Made by a program: the position numbers and the translations under genes. The notes under the pieces were generated by a model, which was given only the letters and a program-made list of their open reading frames with translations, was not told the DNA's origin and did no database searches. Positions 47,125-58,944 of a stretch of DNA of 64,000 nucleotides are shown here, in pieces. Each line of letters opens with the position of its first letter. Within the stretch, counting starts at the first letter, position 1. Source of the DNA: Antedon mediterranea (lineage: Eukaryota; Animalia; Echinodermata); contig NC_092677.1 of the NCBI RefSeq assembly GCF_964355755.1, positions 22,617,175 through 22,681,174 on the forward strand, written 5' to 3'.

Positions 47125-50100
47125 ATGGTTAAAATTTGTGTTGTGAGTCCTGAAGGGCTAAAAGATGACAAGAAAGTGGAAGGTTTGCCAGTACCAGAAG
47201 TTCTTACGGAAATACCGGTAATGTTTTTACATGATTTTAGCTTTAAAATATCAAACACAGAACTAAAGCTCTAAATAATAATGATCGAGTGAGCAGGAAA
47301 TGCTTAATAAGCGTTCAACAAAAAAACGTACGCGGAAATATTGGATACAAATATGTCTAGCTAACTCTTTTTTGTCAAGTTGTTTTTTTTATCAAGAACT
47401 ATAAGCAAATATACAGTAATAGTAAATTAGGCATTGCATTTAGACTTTTTAATTTTTAAATAATACATTTTGTAAAGCCATAGAATAATGATTTTTTATA
47501 TGTCGTTTGTCTTCATGTTCCATACTAGTTAGCCTACTAGCTTACTGGATAATTTATGTCAATTTGTTATTACATGAACGCCCTCAATGTTGTATATTGG
47601 GTCATCTGAGAAAATTTAGAAAAATAGAGCTGCTAGTCCAGAAATTGGATTTATATGAAGCAAAATAATAATAATAAGTTTTCAAGACCAGCTCTACCAT
47701 GGTTGGGGCTGAGCTAAAATACTATTTGAAAAACAGAGCTGCAACTTCTTCTCCGGGAATTGCATTTAAATTGCAATATAAAAAACTATTGCATGCGTAT
47801 TGATATTGACTATGATACAAATAATTATTGTTTATGAGTGTAATAGTACACATAATGGCATGAGGTAAATGATGAAAGGTTATAATTATTTAAATGAGGC
47901 ACGAGCCGAGTTGAAATTTAACCTTTCATCATTCACCAAATTCCATTATTTGTACCATTACACGAATATAAAACATTCAATATTTGTTTTATATAACATC
48001 TAAGTAGATTCCTGTCATTTGAATCAAATAAAAGGTAAACAGTAACATTTGGTTTTTAATTATTTATGATTATTGGGTATAATGTGGATGCACCATTGAG
48101 CTATTTATTTTATATATACCAAAAGTATTTTAGGAGTTGCAAAATGACAGCTAATCAAGTCTTGATTTCTGTTCTAAATTAGTTACAAGAAAAGCTTACA
48201 ATAAATGATTTGGCGACAATCAAGAATCCAAAGCGAAGATGTAAAGGAGTCGTGATAATACTGGTCATGCTTACATTAGCCGTCACGTGCCTGTGCCTTG
48301 CAAGTGTCATTTACAGTTACACCGTGAATAACAACGAAGAACAGGACATGATCAAAAATCAGGTGTGTTATGTGGTAAAGTGCGGGCAAAAATATCTAAA
48401 TAATAGTAAATGTTCCACTAATCATCGATCTATAGTTTCCCTTATGTTTCATAATTGAAAATCGAAATGTTTCGACTTTGTTGAAAATAAGCACTTTCTT
48501 ATAATGGTGTTTGTGCACAAAATGTTATAAGGTGACTAATTTAACTAATATAACTTAGAATTTGATATTTAAGTCTGTTTTTTATAGCAGAATTTTGCCC
48601 AATTCCATTCTAATATTTGTTACAGTGATTTACGGTACATTAAGCAGCTATTAACGCCTTACGTATAATAAGCTTCACACGTTAATTTTGCGTAGCACCC
48701 TTGATAAATTTGTATCATGCATTTACGAGTTGATCATCATTACAAAGTTGTCCATCATTAAGTATTTTTATAGGCTGGATGTACATTGGTTATATTGTAA
48801 TATTCTTTCTTGTTGCTTTGTAATTTTATAACAATCAATAATGGGACATTATTAAGTCTACAGCATTTTTTACAATTTGTAATTACTGTTGTCATAGAAA
48901 CTGCTGTTATACCTGGATTATTATTATCCAGCATGAATGTCTGTTGTGTCTATCATTGTTATTCTATTTTTACATTATAATCATAAATATTCAGCTTATA
49001 TAAACTCATAAAGTGCCCAGTGGTATAATTAATTCATAGCAAGTAATTACTATTTCTATTATCCACACTTTCAGGAGCCACAACGTTTTGAAATCGATGT
49101 TACGTTCCGTGACCCGGATGGTGTAACTAAAGAAAAACATGAATTGGAAGTAAGTTTTTTAAACAAGACAATAACTTAGGCTTACAATTCAGATCTCACA
49201 TGAACGATTAAGATTGCGTTTCTAGTTTTACTCTACACACACAACAGTGTGAGAGTGGGTTTTTTCTAACGTACAGATATTAAAATTGAGTTTTTCTAAA
49301 ATGTTATTTATGACAAAAAGTACTTCCTTTTCACCACAGTAATAAAGGATATCTGTTATTTTAGTGATGTGCGATTGTATGTAAATAAAAGCGAAAATTC
49401 TCAATAAGGCCTAACTAAAATAAATCTGACTTTGCTAGACACCCATTGATGATATTATTGGTTCAACTGTATAACTAAAGATCTGTCTACACTATCAAAC
49501 TTTATGTGATATATGGACACGATGACGTCATATCACTACCAAATTGGGCACATCATACTTTTTTGTCAAACTAGTTTGATAGTGTAGTGTTTACATAACA
49601 TTAGTATTATTTATAACGGTAAAATACGATACAAGTAACAAAGTATTATACAATATCGTAAGTAGGCCTGTGTCAAATGTTGACAGCTAAACAGGCGGAA
49701 TACCCCCCCTGGCGGTTTTTACCGGGTTGAGAAGCGTTCGATTGGGCTGGGTAACAAGTGAAAAAAATAAAATAAAATACAAAGAAGGGATAGAAGAAAG
49801 AAAAAGAAAGAAAATATAAGATAAGAATAAAATATACGATATATGATATGGCTTCAAATGAGTCAAATGAGTCACAGTACAGTATGGTATTCAAGTAAGA
49901 TGATATGAAATACACAAAATCCTGACTGACAACTCGTGGGAAGACGCACTGCTTATCAGTACATTAACATGCGGTCAGTTGACTGTGGTTTTTGGCGTCT
50001 TTTATCTAAGTCGCCATCACGGGCATCTCATACACAATTGTGACGCTGTGCTGTGCGTGTGAGGCCACCTTAAAAAAATACACTCCTACTAATCGTATGT

Positions 50101-53100
50101 AACGCGCTAGCGATCAGCAAAACGAACGTATTTTCGTGGCTGAACAGCGAGTTCCGCTTGGCCTCCCACTTTTTTTTTGCTGGGCATACTAACACAACAC
50201 TACGATTGTTTACTACAGGTCTAGTCAAGCCTTAATAAATGTAATTAATATAAATCGACATAAGAATATTAAGTATATTTTAACTAAAATATAAAAACCT
50301 AACACTAAATTTACAAGATAAATTCTATTTGACTAGATGGTACGCTCGCTTCGCTCGCGTACCATCTAGGTCGTGCCCACAGATGGTTCTCGAATACATA
50401 ATAATTTCAGCTTTAAAAAACTGGCGATTTCAAATGTACGTACAATAATACATGTCGTTTACAGGATCGAATAAATAGACACTGATTTATGTACTCAACT
50501 AAAATTAACACCCTGAGAATTACTTCCGAAAGAGAAACTTGTCACAAAATGAGACCAATTGTTTAAGTCAAATTTAATCAAACTTAATTTGTGTTTTGTA
50601 TGTAACATTAGGGGTGAGGGATGGGGAAGAGGATGGGTGCAAAGAGGAAAAATTTTTAACTATATTAAATATATTCTTTATCCATTTAGTAACGAAATAT
50701 TAATTGTTTTCATGTTTTACAAATAATATATCACTAAACACAGTAAAACATTGCTATGTAATACTTTGTTGAAACTATCACCGTCCTAGTCAATTGAAAT
50801 AGTACAGTACATGTAACGATACATCACTACGACGTGTATGTTTATATAATGTAAAACAATTTGTGAAAACCACCTCTATTCGGGGAAAATCATAAAATCG
50901 ATTTAATCGTCAATAAAAATTAAATTATCTAACTCAACTTTATTAGTAGGCCTAATGGTTTACAATTCTTTCTTAGAGCCAATTCATACTTAAGTTGGTT
51001 CCTACCCTACCCACCAAAGTTGTTCTGTGTTTAGGGGATTTGATGCACCGTAGGCCTATCCTCTACTGGCTTTACAACGCTACTCATGCCAGTGAGGGAA
51101 GGGTGATGATGTGGGTGGTTTAAATGCAATAATAAAGATTTGTACATAATATACGGCGACTGAAAACGCTAGCTCATTATCCGTTAAAAAAAATTATATC
51201 CAACCTCTGCAGCACAGATCGCAAATCAATACATTTGTATAAACGTATATTAAATCTATAAAAATAGTATTTTTTAAAGAAAAGCGGCCTGTCTTCAACA
51301 TTATGATCCTGTACTCGAGCTGTTCAACCGGTTTTCAACCATTAAAAACAATTATCGCAGGAGGAGATAGGAAAATGCGAAGCATCCTCGTATTATTGTC
51401 TGTGGGTATTTTTCAAGACGGACATCCATTAGACAGTGTATAGGCTACCACGATCGAAAAACACCCCTATTTGGGGAAAATCGTTGAACCTAAATTCGTT
51501 TTAATTGTCAATAACTAATTATCTAACTCAATTTAATTAGTAAACAGGGTTACATCAGGTGGTTAAAATCAGTACCAGTATCAGTACTAACCAACTTTAT
51601 ATACCATCGAGTAAACATTCTAGAAAAAACGCGCGATTTACCGAATTTTGCCCTTACGTAAATTTATATATAGATAACTGCTGAACATCGTGGTTCTGGA
51701 GCTAGCCGTACACAGAGCTTGACATAAAAGGGTATTCCCCTACACGGGTCTCTGCGTGCGTGTGACGTGCCCAGCCAGCTGCTTGATAGTATAGAGAGAA
51801 AGCATGCAGCTCACGTAAGTGCAAGATGCAATGGTTGAGTGAATTCAGGGATCATCTTAATTCCATGGTTTGTTACCTAAACACCACATGATGGTGAATA
51901 TGCCTGTTAAAGTCTCAATGATACGATCCCTTAATGTACCATGTTGTTGCTAGGAGGCTTACAGGGAGGAGGGATCTAGCCTAGTTTCGGTCGGCAAGAG
52001 AATGCCGTCCTCTGACAATTTAAGGTCGGCAATAAGGTCGGCAATTGAAATTCGTGGGCTGGAAATTACACCAAATTATATAGTTCATAAACAAAAGAGA
52101 TTAGCCGGAAATGCGATTTGCGGCCATACATAGATAGGCCTATAGAGAAAAAAAATTCGAGGGTATGGTTCCACTAAACAACTTAACGATCCACCCCGCC
52201 GTCAAACCTGGTTAACGGCCCTGTTTCAGTCTTCTAACCGGAAAAATTACTACCTTTGCCAGGTGCGGATCCAATGTTAGATTGGGTTTTCACATGTTCA
52301 AATGTTATGTCACCTGTGTTTTTAACGGTGGAAAATGTACGATCATTGTGCTGATTGCTGTGCAATAAATGGGAGTGTTATTTCCAGGCCAACTACTACT
52401 AGTTGGAGGCGCCATTTATCATGAATTTTATGTGCGAGAATACCATTTCCGAAGATCTAGGGGTGTCATTTACCAAAATTCTGAAGTGAATTGACCAATC
52501 ACAAGCGATGGATTATTCGAACTGTCGCTTGTCATTGGTTAACACGCTTGCGTTGCGTTTACGTCATTGCGTTGTTACGTCCCAGTGCGAACCAAGCTTA
52601 AAGAGGCGGATACGAAATTGACAAAAGTGTATTTACTTGCGTTGCGAAGTTATGCGTTGCGGCAAGATTTCTTGCAACGCAAGTACGTTAAGCGCACACT
52701 CAAATAATTTAACTAATCATGAGATCATCACAACTTTCGTTTGTGATTTGTCTTGCATTGTGCCTATACGAACGTCGTCGTTGCGTTGCGTCCAAGTGGG
52801 AACCAAGCTTTATTTATAATTAACCTAAAGTACGGTAACTAGTTCCTAGGTCGTTAACCTAAGGTACGGTAACTAGTTCCTAGGTCGTTAACCTAAGGTA
52901 CGGTAGCTAGTTCCTAGGTCGTTAACCTAAGTTACGGTAACTATAGTTCTTAGATCGTTAACCTAAGGTACGGTAACTAGTTCCTAGGTCGTTAACCTAA
53001 AGTACGGTAACTAGTTCCTAGGTCGTTAACCTAAAGTACGGTAACTAGTTCCTAGGTCGTTAACCTAAGGTACGGTAACTAGTTCCTAGGTCGTTAACCT

Positions 53101-56100
53101 AAGGTACGGTAACTAGTTCCTAGGTCGTTAACCTAAGGTACGGTAACTAGTTCCTAGGTCGTTAACCTAAAGTACGGTAACTAGTTCCTAGGTCGTTAAC
53201 CTAAGGTACGGTAACTAGTTCCTAGGTCGTTAACCTAAGGTACGGTAACTAGTTCCTAGGTCGTTAATATAAAGTACGGTAACTAGTTCCTAGGTCGTTA
53301 ACCTAAGGTACGGTAACTAGTTCCTAGGTCGTTAACCTAAGGTACGGTAACTAGTTCCTAGGTCGTTAACCTAAGGTACGGTAACTAGTTCCTAGGTCGT
53401 TAACCTAAGGTACGGTAACTAGTTCCTAGGTCGTTAACCTAAAGTACGGTAACTAGTTCCTAGGTCGTTAACTTAAAGTACGGTAACTAGTTCCTAGGTC
53501 GTTAACCTAAGGTACGGTAACTAGTTCCTAGGTCGTTAACCTAAGGTACGGTAACTAGTTCCTAGGTCGTTAACCTAAGGTACGGTAACTAGTTCCTAGG
53601 TCGTTAACCTAAGGTACGGTAACTAGTTCTTAGGTCGTTAACCTAAACTAGTTCCTATGTCGTCGCAAATTGCTCGTTCGCGTGTCAGTACGTTAGACCA
53701 GTACTACCTGTTGTCAAAATGATTTACCTGATATTTTGAAAAGCAGATTTCGTTCAAACTTTAAAACAACTTTGTTATCACCTCTTTGTTAAGACGGTGT
53801 AGGCACAGTTTTGAGAACATGCCTACGTCGTTTTCTGTATGTTAGCCTAATATTTTATTTGCAGGTTAATATTCAAATTGACTTTTCAAACGACATTCTG
53901 ACGACCCAACACGGAATGGCAAAAAATCCTATTGAGATAACCAAACCCGTGACTAAAATAACAAAACAGTATCTGTATATGGAATCTGCCGAACATGCAG
54001 AACACATTACCACGTCCCAGTCAGAAATGACTGACGAATCAGAGATAACAAAGCAAAGTGTATCGGCTACTGATGACCCTAGTACAGTTTCTCAAAGTGC
54101 CACTGTTACTACATCTACATTCCCTAAAAATCCTACAACATTGCCACAAACTTCTGCGACATTTACCTCCCAAGAGAGTGAAATGTCATCAACTACAGAG
54201 AAGACAACAACACCTGTAATTGTACAAACGACGGACGAATACACAACCATGGACGAACAGACGACGGAGAATACGCCGTTTAGAAGTGTTAGTGAAGAAT
54301 ACACAACCATGGACGAACAGACGACGGGGAATACGCCGTTTAGAAGTGTTAGTGAAGAAGTAAACAAAACATGACATTTTAATTGTTTGTCTAGTCTGTT
54401 TGAGCACAAGCACAGACCACGTGTGTGTGTGTTGATGTAGCCTACTAAAACAATTATTGCTTTTAGATGTACACTGTAGATGTCTTTTGAACTGTCATTA
54501 TGGCTTACTCGCACTGTTTTGCAACACCAGTCATGTCAGAAACAAACTTAAAGGTTTTTATAATATAACATGATTACCGCTGATTGATACTATTGAGACT
54601 CTAATTAATAATCTTAATAATTCGTTCGTTATTGTTCAAAGGTTGCTCAGCAAATATAATAAAATGTTAAGAAATGTCTTAGCTTGTATTTGTTTTAGTG
54701 TATGGTCATTTTTATTTAAAGATGTATTGTCCCCCAAAAACATGAACAATGAAGATTAATTAAATCAGACTTTGAATATGTTATTTTGTAGTTTTAATAA
54801 AGTTAATCACTTCCATAGAAAAAAAACGAAAAAAATAATGTTTTCACTTGTAAAATGACAAAATAATTGGTAGCCTAAATGCAACCAAAAATCCATTGGC
54901 TGGCAGCCAATTTGACAATTTTTTGCTTTAAATTACATTTATTTCAGGTAATACATTTTTTTTTTCGATCCAATTTTTGTGGTGGATAAGTGAATCACTA
55001 CCGTATTATGTTACATTAAAATGGAATATTTAACAAAAATTTCTTTCAAGAATTATTCTTTTCAGGGGGAACAATACATCTTTAAAAACTGCATTTATTA
55101 AAATAACTTTATACAGTATTTGTATACACTGGTGCATATTTCTTATTTTAAATTTCGCAATTTCACTACTACGATTTTGTAAAAATAGTGCAAACTATTA
55201 CATCTGTATTTTGCTTGTGTCTAAATATATAAACTTTCTGTAATTCAGAATAAGTATAATTATCATTGGGTAAACACATATTATTTGCGCTGCACATAAA
55301 ATGGTCAACCTTTTAAACATTTTCTTTTACAGAAAACTACCCAGTATCACTCGACCGCCAATCCCCTTCACCACTTAAAGGAGGAAATCGTTGTAAATGT
55401 CGATAACAACACAGAGGTGTTCACTATTCCACCAGGCGAGGACCACGAAGCTTTGATATTTCTACATGACTTCACACATGTAAGAATTTACATTCTACCG
55501 TCAGCCACAGTGACAGCAATGTAATGAAATCATAATACGATAGACGGATAAAACTACACAAAGACCACCGAAAATTATATCACCGAAGACAAGAAATATA
55601 TATAATATGCAGCTTTGAACTTTAACATGATTGATTTTGATTATGTGTCTCTAATATGAGCAACACTTTCCATAAAAAAAGATGAAAAATGCCTATTGTA
55701 ATTGTAATTATTCTAATATTGTTACTGGATTATATTATCTTATTTAGTATTGGTTAAATCTGTTTTTCTCTCTCTTTTTTTTATAGGAGTACACTGCGTA
55801 TCTCCTTGTCGAGCAGGATCTTTGCTTCGTTAAGAACATCAGTCCATTCATGATGAGCCCGTTAGGCTTCTTAAATATTTTGCTGGTAAATACAACCTTT
55901 ACCAAGAATAGTATAGGCCTACAATGAGTTATTTTTAATAAAAACTATAAACTGGAACAGCCCACATTAACTTTTCACTACGTGATGATGGGAGCTAGCC
56001 GCCAAGAAGATGCTGCTGAGATAATTATAATGTAAAACAGTAACGATAAAATCAAATCACCCCAGTCCAACGTTGACAACACCACCCTGGCAGTGTAAAA

Positions 56101-56627
56101 AAAGTAAAATGTCTATTTTTTTTTTAGAATCCAATGTATTTTGTGCACGAGTTTATTGTTACTCAAACATCGTACATTGCTATCCCTCCACCTCTTCAAC
56201 GCCTTAGCTTTGGTCCTGAAATTGAGAACCTCTGTGGCAACTCGCCTACATTTTGGTTGGAGGAAATGGATGATGATGAATACGATACGGTAAATGTTGA
56301 TGATCTGCCATGGATGGACTGGGGTTATCCAGACCGTTACATCCGCCGTAAGCGCTCGGCAGGTAAGAAGGGGAAGAGTGTATTCTACTCTCTACATAAT
56401 TTGGATATGGGGAGTCGAAAGTCTCGAAAACAGAGATCTCGTGTCTTTGGTGTCTGTTTTCGAGGTCTCTGTTATTCCTTTACTGTATACAAATTGCTTA
56501 ATAAATAAACAATAATCATTGCTTTTTTGCAGATCATAACGAAATAAAAAACATCAGGTTCTTTGATGCTGATGAGCGGATGCACAAAGAAAAAATCTCG
56601 TTCGGGAAACTCGCCAAGGACAAGTAA
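47125..56627 (+). CDS. ITM2-like type II membrane BRICHOS-domain protein with a mucin-like insert and a furin-releasable C-terminal peptide
   Basis: Phase-0 exons 47125-47217 (MVKICVVS...), 48183-48362 (TM: GVVIILVMLTLAVTCLCLASVIYSY), 49075-49149, 53865-54359 (Thr/Ser-rich), 55333-55479 (..EEIVVNVDNNTEVF..IFLHDFTH), 55787-55885 (EYTAYLLVEQDLCFVK), and 56128-56362 or 56128-56508 (FGPEIENLCGNSPTFWL..IRRKR|SA); optional last exon 56533-56627. HDF..TAY..CFV and I..LC...PT.WL are BRICHOS signatures. Confidence 0.85.
47836..47965. repeat. Imperfect palindrome (hairpin-type repeat element)
   Basis: gtgtaatagtacacataatggcatgaggtaaatgatgaaaggtta ... taacctttcatcattcaccaaattccattatttgtaccattacac. Confidence 0.7.
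50333..51674 (-). mobile_element. Non-autonomous Helitron
   Basis: On the minus strand it begins A|TCTATATATA (51674) and ends CTAG|T (50333), with a terminal hairpin ctagatggtacgc-tcgcttcgctc-gcgtaccatctag. No TSD; A|T insertion site. Internal segments recur at about 7590-7655 and 11857-11940. Confidence 0.8.
52490..52810. mobile_element. Short MITE remnants (aaccaagctt ends)
   Basis: Two adjacent units end cagtgcgaaccaagctt and caagtgggaaccaagctt. The gaccaatcacaagcgatgg..cttgcgttgcgtttacgtc segment is shared with 45445-45550. Confidence 0.6.
52821..53660. repeat. 34-bp minisatellite, about 24 near-identical copies, in a BRICHOS-gene intron
   Basis: Unit TAACCTAA(G/A)GTACGGTAACTAGTTCCTAGGTCGT, head-to-tail without spacers. 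Confidence 0.97.
54237..54359 (+). repeat. In-frame 60-bp tandem duplication in the mucin-like exon
   Basis: EYTTMDEQTTENTPFRSVSE followed by EYTTMDEQTTGNTPFRSVSE, differing by about one nucleotide. Confidence 0.92.
54720..55081. mobile_element. MITE with TTAA TSD (Kolobok-like)
   Basis: ttaa|agatgtattgtccccc ... gggggaacaatacatct|ttaa. Confidence 0.8.
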
Positions 56628-58465
56628 ACCATTGTGGACGCCTTCATTAAATGCTGAATGACTTAATGTTTTATATAAACTTTCTATGTTCATTAGGCAT
56701 ATCTACGGAAGCGTCTAGTGCCATCCATTTAGTCAAGTGGATGGCATTAGACGCTTCCGTATACGTACTGTACCAGTATTAGATGGTATTTTGGCTATAC
56801 ATTTTCAAGTGTTCTTTCAGCTAGTAGATAGCTCTTTTTGGCTAATAGTAGCTTATCTTAGATTTACCCATTCTTCATATTTTGCGTTTTTTCTAATGGA
56901 CCAACGAGTGGAATTGACGTCATGCACACATACGCTTAGGCCTATGCATTTTTTTTTTAAATAATTATTAATCGAGAGAGTTTACACTTTGTTATTTTAA
57001 GCTCACAAACATTTGTATTATAATAAAATAATTAATGAATCAGATAAAGAACAATTAAGGAGAAATATGGCATGGAATTTCTTAAAAATGGATAATCATT
57101 ACTTGTAATCAATATTGGTTACGGTAGTGGTTAATATAAAGGCAACAACGAAGCATGGAATATAAAGTACATCACCATGACTATGCAAGCTTTGACCGAA
57201 GATGTTAAGATTTATAATAATAAATGTATTTTAAATTTACTTTTGAGATGTTTGAAGTTACTGAAATTATATTTAAACTATTATTTTCTTTTTAAAGCAC
57301 AATAATATACATCACATTCAAAAGCACAAACGAATAATGCCAACTGATTCAATACGTATAAACAATCAAGGTTTCAATTATGGGTGTATGGAATAATATC
57401 AGATATATAAAGTGCCTAATGTTGTGAAATCGCTGTACTATTACCCTGGGACTTTCTTTTATCAAACACGTATGGAATACTCCCATAATGCAGTTGGTAG
57501 TCAATGCAAAGTTGTGGGTCCACCTTAACATGTGCCCATTGTTAGCCTACCCGGGTGGTGGAGAGAGTCAAACATAAGTACGGTGTCGTGCTTAAGTATA
57601 CAAGCAATTTGCTTTAATCATAACTTCAATATACTGCGGTTGAACTCTTGATTTTGATTTGGGCTTTGGCCTCATCTTCCCATATCTGTGTCTTCTCTGA
57701 GGCAAAAGCATTGCAAAACAAGGCTATAATTTACTAGATTAACTACAAAAAACTCAGGAATAGGATTGGATTGCTCAACTATTGGATTCACAAAAAGTTT
57801 AAATACCGAGAATATATGCACCCTCTAAATTTAATTGAGGAAGAAAAGTTTTGCGTTTTTGTTAAAACTAAATTTCAACCTTTTACTTTCAACAGTTTTA
57901 AAATCAAGGGACCAAAAGATATGGAGAACAACATAGAATATTTTAAAACCATGTATTATCCTTGATTTCTGCCCTCATAGTTGAGGGAAAACAAATCTGA
58001 AATCACTCTAGTTGACAAAATAAATTATGCCAATTATTTTGCTTTTATACGCCTTTTTTACTATAATTGTCATGTGTTTTCATTCTACACCAAAAAAAAA
58101 AAGAAAATAAGAGAAGAAAATGTAATCACAGTACTTAATCACTTTATTTAAAAACAAACCTTGATTTAACTTTTAAAATTATCTAAAAAATGTTGAAAAT
58201 ATTTCCAAAAGTATTTATTTCCATACAAGCATACCTCTGAACCAAATAACATTTAATCAATCGGTATACTTGTCTACACACTAGATAAGACAGAAGTTTA
58301 TTTAAAAAGAAAAAAAAAAAACATGTAATTATCAAAAGACCCATTATATTCTTATTTTCCCCCAATATGAAAGCCAAACCAAAATAGGACAATGTATTAC
58401 TTACAAATGCTGAATTACATACTTTACACACACTTTTATTTATTTATTCCCTAAAAATACAGGAT

Positions 58466-58815
58466 TATTTTATTTTTATTTTATTTAATTGAAACCAACA
58501 GCGATAATTAACGCCACTAACAGGTTTGATACAAACAAATCCAGGACTGTTTAAAGCACCTTGATTGGTCCTAACATTGATCAAGGGCTTCTCTCGTCCA
58601 GTGCCCACCTTGACCAGAGGTCTGAGGCTGATACTAGATGCAGGGGCTGCCATAAGAGTCAGCAGTGCTGATTTCAAATGCCTAACGGGACCTCAGCTCC
58701 GTATACAGCACCCGTTATTCCCAGATGGTCTCCCATCCAAGCTCTAACCAGGCCCAACGTCGCTTAACTTCGGTGATCCGACGAGAACCGGTGTTTCAAC
58801 GTGGTAAAGCCGTAT
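58466..58815 (-). mobile_element. 5S rRNA-derived SINE (SINE3), about 350 bp, downstream of the ACIN1 stop codon
   Basis: Minus 58815-58697 is a nearly full 5S sequence (tacggctttaccacgttgaaacaccggttctcgtcggatcaccgaagttaagcgacgttgggcctggttagagcttggatgggagaccatctgggaataacgggtgctgta) with box A and box C. No oligo-T terminator; followed by a body of about 210 bp and an (AAATA)n tail. Confidence 0.88.
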
Positions 58816-58944
58816 AAACAATAAAATTATTAAAACATGTTTAAAATTTAGGGTAACCCCTAGCGACAGCGGCAGAAATAGCAACAATTTTACAATCTAA
58901 TTTGTACATAATGGGGTCTTGTAATCCAAAATCTTGAGGTCAAT

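Noticed and set aside
52821-53660. CRISPR-like array (34-bp palindromic repeats)
   Set aside because: Units are contiguous with no unique spacers, there are no cas genes, and the context is a eukaryotic intron; it is a minisatellite.
54092-54514. Hydrophobic Val/Ser-rich minus-strand ORF
   Set aside because: Antisense of the Thr-rich mucin exon; no independent evidence.
58697-58815. Functional 5S rRNA gene
   Set aside because: No oligo-T terminator, imperfect terminal stem, not in a tandem cluster, and it continues into a SINE body and A-rich tail.
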